NCBI GenBank assembly: GCA_023140195.1
Contig: JAGLME010000001.1
Coordinates: 193,146-257,145, forward strand
Source of the DNA: Thermoplasmata archaeon
GTDB lineage: Archaea; Thermoplasmatota; Thermoplasmata; RBG-16-68-12; SOIM01
Direction: 5' to 3'
Length of the DNA stretch: 64,000 nt
In this document: one piece after another, positions 52,404 to 61,213 of the stretch
Position numbering within the stretch: the first letter of the stretch is position 1
Layout of the letters: each line of letters opens with the position of its first letter
Notes under the pieces: generated by a model
What the model saw: only the letters and a program-made list of their open reading frames with translations
What the model was told of the DNA's origin: nothing
The model's database searches: none
Made by a program: the position numbers and the translations under genes

Positions 52404-52614
52404 AAGCTTTCCTATACGAAGACGCAGGACCGAGAAACCAGGACGAGTGGCGGACGTTCTTCTTCGATTAAATGAGAGGTTCTCAGATTGGTTCCAGAAG
52501 AGATGGGAATCACAGTCCGTGCCGGCGCATTGTCGAATCTGTTTGAAAATCTACCCACAAAGGCGATAGATGAGAGGGTTGTGCAAAACTCTGGAGGGCC
52601 GCAGCTGAGCAGAC

Positions 52615-53139
52615 TCATACATACCGCATTTCTTGAAGTTTTTCCAAAACCCTCTTCGCGCTCTCCTCTGGCGTCTCATTCTCGGTATCCACCACAACCT
52701 CCGGATTCTCCGGTTCCTCGTAGGGGTCCGAAACACCTGTGAAGTTCTGTATTTCGCCGGACAACGCCTTCTTGTAATGACCTTTCACGTCCCTCTCAAT
52801 GCATTCATCGACAGTGCATTTCACGTACACTTCAACGAAGTTGCCTACCATTTCCCTTGCGCGACGCCTGAAGTCACGGAAGGGAGATATGAGACCCACT
52901 ATGGCTATGACACCGTTCCTCGAGAGGAGCTTGCTCACATACGCCACCCTGTTGGCATGGATCTGCCTGTCTTTCTTGCTGAACCCGAGCTTTGGGCTGA
53001 GATTTTCCCTGACCTCGTCTCCATCCAGGACTTCCACCATCCTTCCAGCGTCACTCAATCTCTTTTCCAGAATCCTAGCAATCGTCGTCTTCCCTGATCC
53101 GGGAAGTCCTGTCAACCAGACTACGCAACCTCTCTCCAT
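52615..53139 (-). CDS. cysC: Adenylyl-sulfate kinase
   Basis: WLTGLPGSGKTT, LDGD, ISPF, RDVKG, FTGVSDPYEEP. Confidence 0.96.
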   Translation of the reverse strand: MERGCVVWLTGLPGSGKTTIARILEKRLSDAGRMVEVLDGDEVRENLSPKLGFSKKDRQIHANRVAYVSKLLSRNGVIAIVGLISPFRDFRRRAREMVGNFVEVYVKCTVDECIERDVKGHYKKALSGEIQNFTGVSDPYEEPENPEVVVDTENETPEESAKRVLEKLQEMRYV

Positions 53140-53140
53140 G

Positions 53141-54517
53141 TTACCACTCTATGACTTCTCCTTTCATGTCCTCTGGAATTGGAATTTCCATCGCTTTCAG
53201 AATCGTGGGTGCAATATCCAATATGCTCTTTTGGCCAATATCTCTTCCTTGGTTCTCCTTCGGATCGTATATCAAGAACACTCCTTGCCAATCGTGAACC
53301 GCATCATCGGGCCCCTTATCGTTCTCTGGCAGGTACATTGAGCCGTGTCCGATGGTCCCTGCCGATCTCCAGGACAGGTCATCGAAGAACACCATGAGGT
53401 CGGGTGGGTCTCCGTTGCATATGTTGTACGTCTCCTCAGGTTTCAGGACCATGTTCTTCATCCCAATTCCCTGCGGGTCCTTTATCTCCATAATCCTCGT
53501 GGATATCTCGTCTCTGATTTCATCGTACTCGCTCGGAGGAACGATGCCTTGAGCTTCCCTGCCTTTCAGATTGATGAATATCCTTGCGTAGTAACCGCCC
53601 CAGCCCCATGCTCTGGTCCTGCTCCAGTCGATGTCCGCTTTCTCCAGATCCGTGACCTCTTCCGGGCTCTTCCTCAGCTTGAGATAACCTTGCTCCATCA
53701 GCCACTCGTTGACACAGAAGCATCCTTTCATTGCCTTTGCGCCATGGTCAGACACGATGAATACGATGGTGTCATCATCGATTATCTCGAGAAGCTTGCC
53801 TATCTCCTTGTCCAGATACTCATAGTAGTCCTTTATTGCGCTCTGAAACCTGTTGCCAGGTTCGTGAAGGTGATGTGTCGGGTCGTGGTATTTCCAGAAC
53901 CCATGCTGCAACCTGTCCAAGCCGATTTCCACGAAGAAGAAGAGGTCCCATTCCTTGTTTTCCAGGAGATAACGTATGACTCTGAACCGCTTCTCGGTCA
54001 TCTCATAGATCCCTTCCAGAACCTGGTCCTTCTCATCGGTCCTGAACACAACGTCGAACAGGTACTCTCCAACCAGGTCCTCTATCTCGTGCTTGAGCTC
54101 CGGGGGGTGTGTGAATTGCCTGTTGGTGTCTGGAGTCATGAAGCCTGAGATGATGTGTCCGTTGATGGGCTCGACCGGATATGAGGGCGGCAGACCGATG
54201 ACCGTGGATTTGAGGCCGTTGTCTCCGAGAATGTGCCACAATGCCTTTTCCTTCAGTTTGTCCCTCGTTGCGAGCCAGATATCAGTGTATGAGTTGTTCC
54301 TCCTGTGCCTGAAGCCGTAGAGCCCCAACCTTCCGGCATCCTTTCCTGTGACCATGGACAACCATGCGGGGATCGTGATAGGCGGTATGATCGTTCTTAG
54401 CTTTCCATGAACTCCTTTCCCCATCAGCCTCCGAATGTTGGGCAAGTCATCTATGAACTCTTCGAATAAGAGTTTGGGCGAAGCGCAATCCATTCCTATT
54501 ACCAGAACTTTCTTCAA
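53141..54517 (-). CDS. Alkaline-phosphatase superfamily (type I phosphodiesterase/NPP-like) protein
   Basis: IGMDC, PPITIPAW (Thr nucleophile), DRLQH, SDHG, DDAVH, DIAPT. Confidence 0.88.
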   Translation of the reverse strand: MKKVLVIGMDCASPKLLFEEFIDDLPNIRRLMGKGVHGKLRTIIPPITIPAWLSMVTGKDAGRLGLYGFRHRRNNSYTDIWLATRDKLKEKALWHILGDNGLKSTVIGLPPSYPVEPINGHIISGFMTPDTNRQFTHPPELKHEIEDLVGEYLFDVVFRTDEKDQVLEGIYEMTEKRFRVIRYLLENKEWDLFFFVEIGLDRLQHGFWKYHDPTHHLHEPGNRFQSAIKDYYEYLDKEIGKLLEIIDDDTIVFIVSDHGAKAMKGCFCVNEWLMEQGYLKLRKSPEEVTDLEKADIDWSRTRAWGWGGYYARIFINLKGREAQGIVPPSEYDEIRDEISTRIMEIKDPQGIGMKNMVLKPEETYNICNGDPPDLMVFFDDLSWRSAGTIGHGSMYLPENDKGPDDAVHDWQGVFLIYDPKENQGRDIGQKSILDIAPTILKAMEIPIPEDMKGEVIEW

Positions 54518-55528
54518 TCAGGTTGCCTCCAACAGTTTCAGGACCTCATTCTGGAAGGCCTCATTCTCATCACTGGGGACAATCGCTCCCATGACCTCCC
54601 TCTTTCCGCCTGAGACGTGTCCTTTTCCCTGGGCCATGTCGAGAATGGGTTTCAGATCCAGATGGACATCACTCGTTCTCACGTACACTCTATCGTACTC
54701 TTCGAAGAATCTGGTTTGGATCACTAGGGACGTTCTCACATCCTTCTTTCTTGACAGCTTCCTGGAAACAGCCGAGATAATGTCATAACTGGAGGAGAAC
54801 TCGTGAACCAGGATGCCCTTTGTAGGTGGATTTGCATTTATCTCTTGGATGGCTATTCTCTTCTTCACCTTTTCAGCATTCTCAATCCAGGTTTCGTTCG
54901 TCAATAGTGATTGAGGGTCATCTTGGTGTTCAAGCACAAAAGAAACAGCCTCCTCTATGGCCGAAACATCACCAATCCTGTAGTTCGAGTCAATCAGTTC
55001 AGTCATTCGAAGAAGCTCTTCGAGGGTGAGCCTTGCTGATTGCAGGTATTTCTCCATGCTGGGATATACAGCATTCTCGCGTATGTTCCGCTCCTTGTCT
55101 CCGACAGCTCCCAGTACCGTCAGGAGATCCAAGGGAGTTTTCCATAGTTCTGAAAGCACCCATGTGGTCGAAGGATAGTTATCAGATGGCGACCCACGGG
55201 CCACCGGATTGAATTGATGCAGATCACTTCTCTTCTTCTTCGCGTGATGGTCAAACACCCAGATATCTGAGGACAATCCTACCAGCCGATCGAAATCATT
55301 CTCTGGGAGGGCAAGATCTGCGACGATTATTGCATCGAATCCTTCGTTCTCGATGTTCACGAACTCTTCATCGGAGAGAGAATACATCCCTATTCTGGGA
55401 ACCATGGTCTTGACGGAAGAACCTTCGAGGAAACCTGTGATTATGGCTGCTGAGCATATGCCATCCGTATCCCAGTGGTGGAGGATGAGTGTCTTCCCCG
55501 ACTCCTTGAGCTTCTCGAATCCTTCCAT
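54518..55528 (-). CDS. DHH-family phosphoesterase
   Basis: HHWDTDG, AD, FDHH, GAVGD, SGGK. Confidence 0.85.
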   Translation of the reverse strand: MEGFEKLKESGKTLILHHWDTDGICSAAIITGFLEGSSVKTMVPRIGMYSLSDEEFVNIENEGFDAIIVADLALPENDFDRLVGLSSDIWVFDHHAKKKRSDLHQFNPVARGSPSDNYPSTTWVLSELWKTPLDLLTVLGAVGDKERNIRENAVYPSMEKYLQSARLTLEELLRMTELIDSNYRIGDVSAIEEAVSFVLEHQDDPQSLLTNETWIENAEKVKKRIAIQEINANPPTKGILVHEFSSSYDIISAVSRKLSRKKDVRTSLVIQTRFFEEYDRVYVRTSDVHLDLKPILDMAQGKGHVSGGKREVMGAIVPSDENEAFQNEVLKLLEAT

Positions 55529-55533
55529 CTGAA

Positions 55534-56682
55534 CTACTCCACGAACGGGTTCTTGTCCGCAAGGAGGATTTCCGCTATTTCCTCTCTCATCAACTCTTTC
55601 TGGGGGCAGTCTCCCTTTTCAATGGACTCCCTGATGGCAGTGCCACTGAACTTGATGTGATGTTCCTCACCATGAGGGCAGGTCTTCTCGTTGGCGATTC
55701 CTCCGCATTTGTTGCAGTGGAAGAATGAAGAGAAGAACATGGGCACGATGCCTAGGTCAGGGAATTCATCGAACATGTCCTGTGCTGCGTATGGGTCGTA
55801 GAAGGACCCCACGCCAGCGTGATCTCTCCCAATGATGAAATGTGTGCATCCGAAGTTCTTTCGCATTATTGCGTGGTGTATGGCCTCCCTTGGGCCTGCG
55901 TACTTCATGTCCGTTCTTAGGATTGATAGGACGGCCCTCTCTCGGAGGAAGAAGTCTTTGATCAGGCGATCGTAGGACTCCAGGATAAGCTCGTCTTTGA
56001 AGTCGCCTTTCTTCTTCTTTCCGATTAGTGGGTTTATGAAGACGCCATCCGCGAATGTGAGCGCGGTCCTCTGGATCCATTCGTGACCCAGATGTGGTGG
56101 GTTTCGGGTCTGGAAGCCAACGATGGTTCTCCACCCCTTCTCTCGGAAGAGGATTCTGGTTTCAGCCGGGCTTAACTTGAACCTATCGTATGTTGACTCC
56201 TCTTCTTTGACTAGGTCTATGTCGCCACCCAGGAATACATCTTCGAGGTTCAGTGTTCTGGCGACACCGGGATGCTGCGGGTCGTTTGTCCCAAAGACCT
56301 TCTCGGCGATTTCCTTCTTGTTGAATCTGTATTTCTCCTCGATGCGCAATAATGCAGTGATGTTGTTTTGAGGATCCGTGACCAGGCATTCATCACCTTC
56401 CATGATATTGGCTGACTCGTTCTCTGATATATCGAGAAGAACCGGGATGGTCCAAGGAGTGTCGTCTGGCAGTCTTCTTTCATTCAAGATACTTGCCAAT
56501 TCATCTTGCCGAAGGAACCCCTCAAGCGGACTGAAGATCCCTGCCGCTATGTTCGCTGCATCGATCAGTGTCTCTTCCTTTCTCACCAGTTGATGGAACT
56601 CAGTTTCTCCGGAAAAGATTCTTTTCCTCTCATTTTCACTGAGCAATCTATCAATGAGTCTTCCACCGTGTGGTCTTGGCGT
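55534..56682 (-). CDS. sat: Sulfate adenylyltransferase (probable ACG start)
   Basis: FSPLEGF, QTRNPPHLGH, YAGPREA, GRDHAG. The conserved N-terminal PHGG.LI.R lies upstream of TTG 56646. Confidence 0.95.
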   Translation of the reverse strand, partial: TPRPHGGRLIDRLLSENERKRIFSGETEFHQLVRKEETLIDAANIAAGIFSPLEGFLRQDELASILNERRLPDDTPWTIPVLLDISENESANIMEGDECLVTDPQNNITALLRIEEKYRFNKKEIAEKVFGTNDPQHPGVARTLNLEDVFLGGDIDLVKEEESTYDRFKLSPAETRILFREKGWRTIVGFQTRNPPHLGHEWIQRTALTFADGVFINPLIGKKKKGDFKDELILESYDRLIKDFFLRERAVLSILRTDMKYAGPREAIHHAIMRKNFGCTHFIIGRDHAGVGSFYDPYAAQDMFDEFPDLGIVPMFFSSFFHCNKCGGIANEKTCPHGEEHHIKFSGTAIRESIEKGDCPQKELMREEIAEILLADKNPFVE

Positions 56683-56693
56683 GTCAATCCCCC

Positions 56694-56921
56694 TCAGTCA
56701 AGATAACCCAGTGCTCTTAGCCTGTCCTTTATGCGCTCCTCGTCCTCTTTTGAGAAGGGTTGCTCTTCATCAGGTTCTTCTGTTATGACTTCTCTGAGGA
56801 CGTAGGCCACGTAGCTCGATACCGATGTGAAGCCTGTTCCTTTTATTCTATCCTGGATCTTCTGGAACAGAGGCGTGGGTATCGAGACGGTCGTGAATTT
56901 CTTCTCTTCCCCCTTCTTCAT
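56694..56921 (-). CDS. CopG/ribbon-helix-helix protein with C-terminal RLRALGY tail
   Basis: TTVSIP..L...I......FTSVSSYV..VLRE, ending EERIKDRLRALGYLD. Confidence 0.88.
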   Translation of the reverse strand: MKKGEEKKFTTVSIPTPLFQKIQDRIKGTGFTSVSSYVAYVLREVITEEPDEEQPFSKEDEERIKDRLRALGYLD

Positions 56922-57201
56922 GAAATCGCCTGTAATTATATATAATTAGAAAAGGAAAATCCCTATATAATCATATCGCTGAAATGAGATGGTTGGCAAG
57001 ATTCAGCAGGCGTTGAGATTTCATTCCTTAGGATATGTGGTGAGGTTTCAGTGTGATTGAGAGCCCTGCATAGATGTCCAATCATCCTCTCCACTTTTTG
57101 GACGACTAACTGACTAAGGAACTGGGAAGGACAGGTGCACGGGGCAGACGCGTCGCGCCTTACCAAAGAATAGTTATGTGCAACTGCAGTAACCCCCCAC
57201 G

Positions 57202-58278
57202 ATGATATGCGTAGTCGTGGGCACCCGACCCGAAATCATAAAAATGGCCCCTATCGTCATTGAACTTCAGAAGAGAAGAAAGGAATTCAGAATCGTACAT
57301 ACTGGTCAGCATTATGATTTGGAACTGTCCCAAGTGTTCTTCGATCAGTTGGATCTGCCCAAGGCGGACCATTTGCTTGATATTGGCTCCGGGACTCAGG
57401 CGAACCAAACGGCTACTGCTCTCATCAGATTGGAAGAGGCCTTTCTGAGAGAAGGGCCAGATTTGATTCTCGTTGAGGGTGATACAAACAGTGTTCTTGC
57501 AGGGGCATTGGCCGGAGCCAAACTCGGTATCGACGTCGGCCATGTTGAGGCAGGTCTGAGAAGCCATGACATGCGGATGCCAGAAGAGCACAATCGCAGG
57601 TTGACGGATCATCTCTCCCGCCTGCTCTTTGCCCCGACGGATTGGGCCGCTTCAAATCTGAGAAAGGAATCTGTTTGGGGGGATGTGTTCGTTACTGGGA
57701 ATACTGTCATAGATGCTTGCCTTCACTACATGCCGCTTGCTCTGAAGGAATCGGAGATCTTGGAGAAGGTGAAGTATGATGAATTCGCTCTGGCAACTGC
57801 TCACAGAGCTGAGAATGTAGACGATCCCCATGTCATGAGGAGTTTTGTGAGGATACTGACTAAATGTCCCACGCCCGTTGTCTATCCTCTTCATCCAAGA
57901 ACCAGAAAGAGGTTGAAGGAGCAAGGCCTCTTGAAAGGACTATCAGAGTCAGAGAATGTACAGATTATCCCCCCAGTGGGATACTTTGACTTTCTTGTCC
58001 TTATGAGGAACTGCAGGTTCATCCTGACAGATTCCGGTGGGATTCAGGAGGAAGTGACCGCCCCCAATATCAGAAAGAGGGTCTTCGTATTGAGGCTGTC
58101 CACTGAAAGGCCAGAGGCAGTTGAAGCGGGTTTTGCTGAGGTTGTCGGTCTGAATGATGACGAAGTACTGCAATCCATTGAAGCCTACTTAGGACGTCCT
58201 GAGCAACTCCGAAAGGAGTGTCCTTATGGGTCAGGAAATGCTGCGGAAAGGATAGTGACTATCCTTGAGAGAGATTGA
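57202..58278 (+). CDS. wecB: UDP-N-acetylglucosamine 2-epimerase (non-hydrolysing)
   Basis: GTRPEIIK, TGQH, GDT, HVEAGLRS, PEEHNR, DSGGIQEE, TERPE. Confidence 0.95.
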   Translation: MICVVVGTRPEIIKMAPIVIELQKRRKEFRIVHTGQHYDLELSQVFFDQLDLPKADHLLDIGSGTQANQTATALIRLEEAFLREGPDLILVEGDTNSVLAGALAGAKLGIDVGHVEAGLRSHDMRMPEEHNRRLTDHLSRLLFAPTDWAASNLRKESVWGDVFVTGNTVIDACLHYMPLALKESEILEKVKYDEFALATAHRAENVDDPHVMRSFVRILTKCPTPVVYPLHPRTRKRLKEQGLLKGLSESENVQIIPPVGYFDFLVLMRNCRFILTDSGGIQEEVTAPNIRKRVFVLRLSTERPEAVEAGFAEVVGLNDDEVLQSIEAYLGRPEQLRKECPYGSGNAAERIVTILERD

Positions 58279-58460
58279 AACTCAATCGGAAGAAGACGAA
58301 TCAAATGGATTCTTCGCTGACATCCTCTTGCCAATATTCTGAGCCCACCTAAGGCCAGGTGTTATTAGGTCAGTCAGGCCCAATGTTGTCCTCCAAGCCG
58401 ATTCTAGATATGGAATGCAGGGCCATCGAAGAACTCGTAACTCCTCAACTGGATAAATGG

Positions 58461-58480
58461 AAAAAGAAAAGAAAAGGGTT
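58461..58480 (-). terminator. Oligo-U archaeal terminator (copy A)
   Basis: AACCCTTTTCTTTTCTTTTT on the minus strand, just after the stop at 58504. Confidence 0.7.
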
Positions 58481-58503
58481 GAGAGCTGGAACTGCGTCCG
58501 GCT

Positions 58504-59013
58504 CTATGCTGTGTGTAATATGTTGAAGCTCCAGTAGACTAGATATCCATATTCTGGCGTGCATGTACCTTCATCGCATGTATATCCCTTGCCTGGGTAG
58601 TGGATGAAGATATCACCGTGATTTGTGCCCTTGCTTGCATCTTCGTTGATGAAAGATGTGAATTCCGCATATCCGTACCAGGTGCCTTGGACATCCATAT
58701 ATGGCACTCCTTCTTGGTCTGGATGGGGGACGAATTCCCTTCCCACAGTTGGTGGCTCATAATCCTCGAATCCTCCTGGTCGAGCCTTGGGTGGGCTGGT
58801 ACTTCTGTACTCAATTGAGATGACGTAGTAAGTCGCCACCCAGCGGCAGGCTTCCAGTTCGAAGTTAACACGAGCATCTTCAACATACGTCCCCTCGACC
58901 TTCACTCCTGTCTTGAAGTTCACGACCTTCTCCAGAGTTGCTACTGATCCATAGCTCATTACCGGAGCGGCTAGCATAAATGCAGCCAATAGTGCCAACA
59001 GTATCCTTTTCAT
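58504..59013 (-). CDS. Secreted hypothetical protein, paralog A
   Basis: Signal peptide, GGAGGTGA SD, paralogous to 59838-60353. Confidence 0.85.
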   Translation of the reverse strand: MKRILLALLAAFMLAAPVMSYGSVATLEKVVNFKTGVKVEGTYVEDARVNFELEACRWVATYYVISIEYRSTSPPKARPGGFEDYEPPTVGREFVPHPDQEGVPYMDVQGTWYGYAEFTSFINEDASKGTNHGDIFIHYPGKGYTCDEGTCTPEYGYLVYWSFNILHTA

Positions 59014-59135
59014 TGATTATCACCTCCTCCCCTTAAGGGACTTGGGTATTTCCCTCCTGCGAGTGAGATTCCCTCGAATCTTGTCCTCACGCCCCTCCTC
59101 GGCGCTCGCACGTCCCAAGGAAGGACAATACACCC
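59014..59135 (-). ncRNA. Putative structured 5' leader RNA (copy A)
   Basis: Stems are conserved relative to copy B while loop sequences differ. Confidence 0.5.
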
Positions 59136-59797
59136 CTCCTCAGGATTGCCATCAGCAGTCAAGAAGGTATCAAGCCAGTTCATTTGGTCGCTGGATGACC
59201 TATGCTCCACGGCCGATTCAGAGAGCTTCACAACACCAGGCAGAGCAATATTCACCACACTATCACCGATTGCTACGTAGGGACGGACTTGTCACGCTTC
59301 TAAGGCAAAGCCAACCTCTCCAGGCTTGCTGTTCCTCACATATGGTCTCCTAGAAATCGGGACGTTGGGAAGAACAAAAGGCTAGGAGGGTTTTGATCGC
59401 ATGGGAAAGACCCCTTTGAAGATAATCTTGCCCGCGCCTCCTATCTCTCCTGGATAGATCCCGCCTCTGATGACGGAGGTGTATCTCATCTACGGTATTT
59501 GAAGATTCCCTCATGGACTAATATTGGAACATCTCTCAAGAGTAGAGACGGATATCGGAAGTGTCGTCCCTTTGGCTCTGGAGATTCTGCAAGAAGAATA
59601 GTGATAATTCTTGGGCACCTGCATGTATTGACGGCAGTGAAATTGTGTGAGACGAATGCTCGCTGAACCCCCTGGCTTACCCTTCGGTTTTCAGCCTTGA
59701 GCAGGATGGAGGGGGCACCCGACATGGTTCACGGTAGAGGCTTCAAACTCAATCGTACGGAGTTATCGATTCTCTGAGAACTTCGGGTTAATTGAGG

Positions 59798-59824
59798 AAA
59801 AAAGAAAAAAAAGAAAAAGGGTTT
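59798..59824 (-). terminator. Oligo-U archaeal terminator (copy B)
   Basis: AAACCCTTTTTCTTTTTTTTCTTTTTT on the minus strand, after the stop at 59838. Confidence 0.7.
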
Positions 59825-59837
59825 GTTGGTCGTGACT

Positions 59838-60353
59838 TCATGCACTTCGGTGGTGTATGTTAAAGCTCCAATATACCAGATATCCATAGTCAGGCTCGCA
59901 ATTCTGATTATCGGAACAGGTGTATGGCGTGTCAGGGTAGTGGATTATGATGTCGCCGTGGTTGATACCGTGCTTTGCATCTGGGTTGATGAATGATGTG
60001 AATTCTGCATACCCGAACCAAACTCCCATTTGATCCCAAAAGGGCACTTCTTCTTGGCCTGGATATACCACGAAGTCTCTGCCTACAGTCGGCGGATCAT
60101 GATTCAGGAATCCTCCCGGTGCAGCGTGCCATGGTGTTGTGTGTCGGTACTCGATTGAGACCTCGTACAACTGAGCAACCCAGCGGCATGATATGATCTC
60201 CCACTCGACGCGGGCATCGTCAACATACGATGCGTCTTCCTTAATACCCGTATCATAGTCTACGACCTCTTCGATGGTTGCCACGGTGCCAAAACTCATA
60301 AACGGAATAGCCATAAGCGAGGCAGCCATTAGAGCGAACAGTAGCTTCTTCAT
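59838..60353 (-). CDS. Secreted hypothetical protein, paralog B
   Basis: Shares CRWVA, PPTVGR, GYAEFTSFIN, NHGDI and YGYLVYWSFNI with paralog A. Confidence 0.85.
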   Translation of the reverse strand: MKKLLFALMAASLMAIPFMSFGTVATIEEVVDYDTGIKEDASYVDDARVEWEIISCRWVAQLYEVSIEYRHTTPWHAAPGGFLNHDPPTVGRDFVVYPGQEEVPFWDQMGVWFGYAEFTSFINPDAKHGINHGDIIIHYPDTPYTCSDNQNCEPDYGYLVYWSFNIHHRSA

Positions 60354-60475
60354 TGATTATCACCTCCTCCCTATTCGGGACTCAGGTATTTCCCCCTGGT
60401 GGGTGAGATTCCTTCGAATCCTGTCATCGCGCCCCCCTCGGCGCTCGTGTAACCAGAGAAAAACATCTCCGTCTC
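60354..60475 (-). ncRNA. Putative structured 5' leader RNA (copy B)
   Basis: Same hairpins as copy A, plus enclosing stem UUUUUCUCUGGU/ACCAGGGGGAAA. Confidence 0.5.
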
Positions 60476-61213
60476 TCCCCAGGATTACTGTAAGGAATTG
60501 AGAATGTGTTATGCCAGTACCCCTTATCGTAATGAGACCTATGCTCCAGCGTCGACTTCCCAGGATCTGCTGTAACAAGCTCAATGGTGTTCACTCTGTA
60601 TCACACTCCAAGACGTTTTCAGGGACGGACTTGTTGTGGTTTTCGGCTATGTCTACCCATCGGGGTTTCTGGAAGTGCAAGAAAGAACAGCTATTCTGGT
60701 GGGATGGAAAGATCCGTCAGAGATTTCCGTACTCCCGCCTCCTGTTCCCCCCTGTGTAGATGTAGCTCCAATTGATAAGCTGGCATGGGTTATGTTGTAT
60801 TTCAAGTTTCCTCTCTGGATGTGCAGAATATCTTATTCCGAATGCACGAACAACCGCTTCTATAGAATAGGTGGGATGATTTGAGCTTGTGAGAAATCTC
60901 TACGGAGAAAAATGACATCTGAATGGCGCATAAGATGCGAGGGTTCCAAGAAAAGGTGTCAGAACATCGAAAGACCCCCTCATACGAACTCAAGTTCTTT
61001 TCAGAGGTGGCGACTAGAGTCCATTGAGTGATTAGGTTTTTGCTGAAAACTGTTCAATTGGTGATTTAGCAGTACATCACGAGGGTTGTAGACGATGGGT
61101 CCCTCCCACATTCGCCCATACGCCAGTTTTGGGTAGGGGACATCAAATGTGAGATCGTCCATTCCTACTCCGCGCTTTTCTAGGACGTCTGGGGACAAGA
61201 GCCCAGGCCATTT

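Larger units (their letters stand above)
58461..60761. repeat. Diverged tandem duplication (about 1.3-kb period) of gene, terminator and long upstream region
   Basis: Shared blocks at about 1340-nt offset: CATTGATTATCACCTCCTCC (59011/60351), GACCTATGCTCCA (59197/60536), AGGGACGGACTTGT (59279/60621). Confidence 0.85.

Noticed and set aside
59010-59258. 82-aa uORF overlapping the start of paralog A
   Set aside because: The equivalent frame in copy B is interrupted by TAG, so conservation is at the nucleotide or structure level.
59461-59530. TGATGA box-C-like motif (possible C/D sRNA)
   Set aside because: No box D (CTGA) at a suitable distance.
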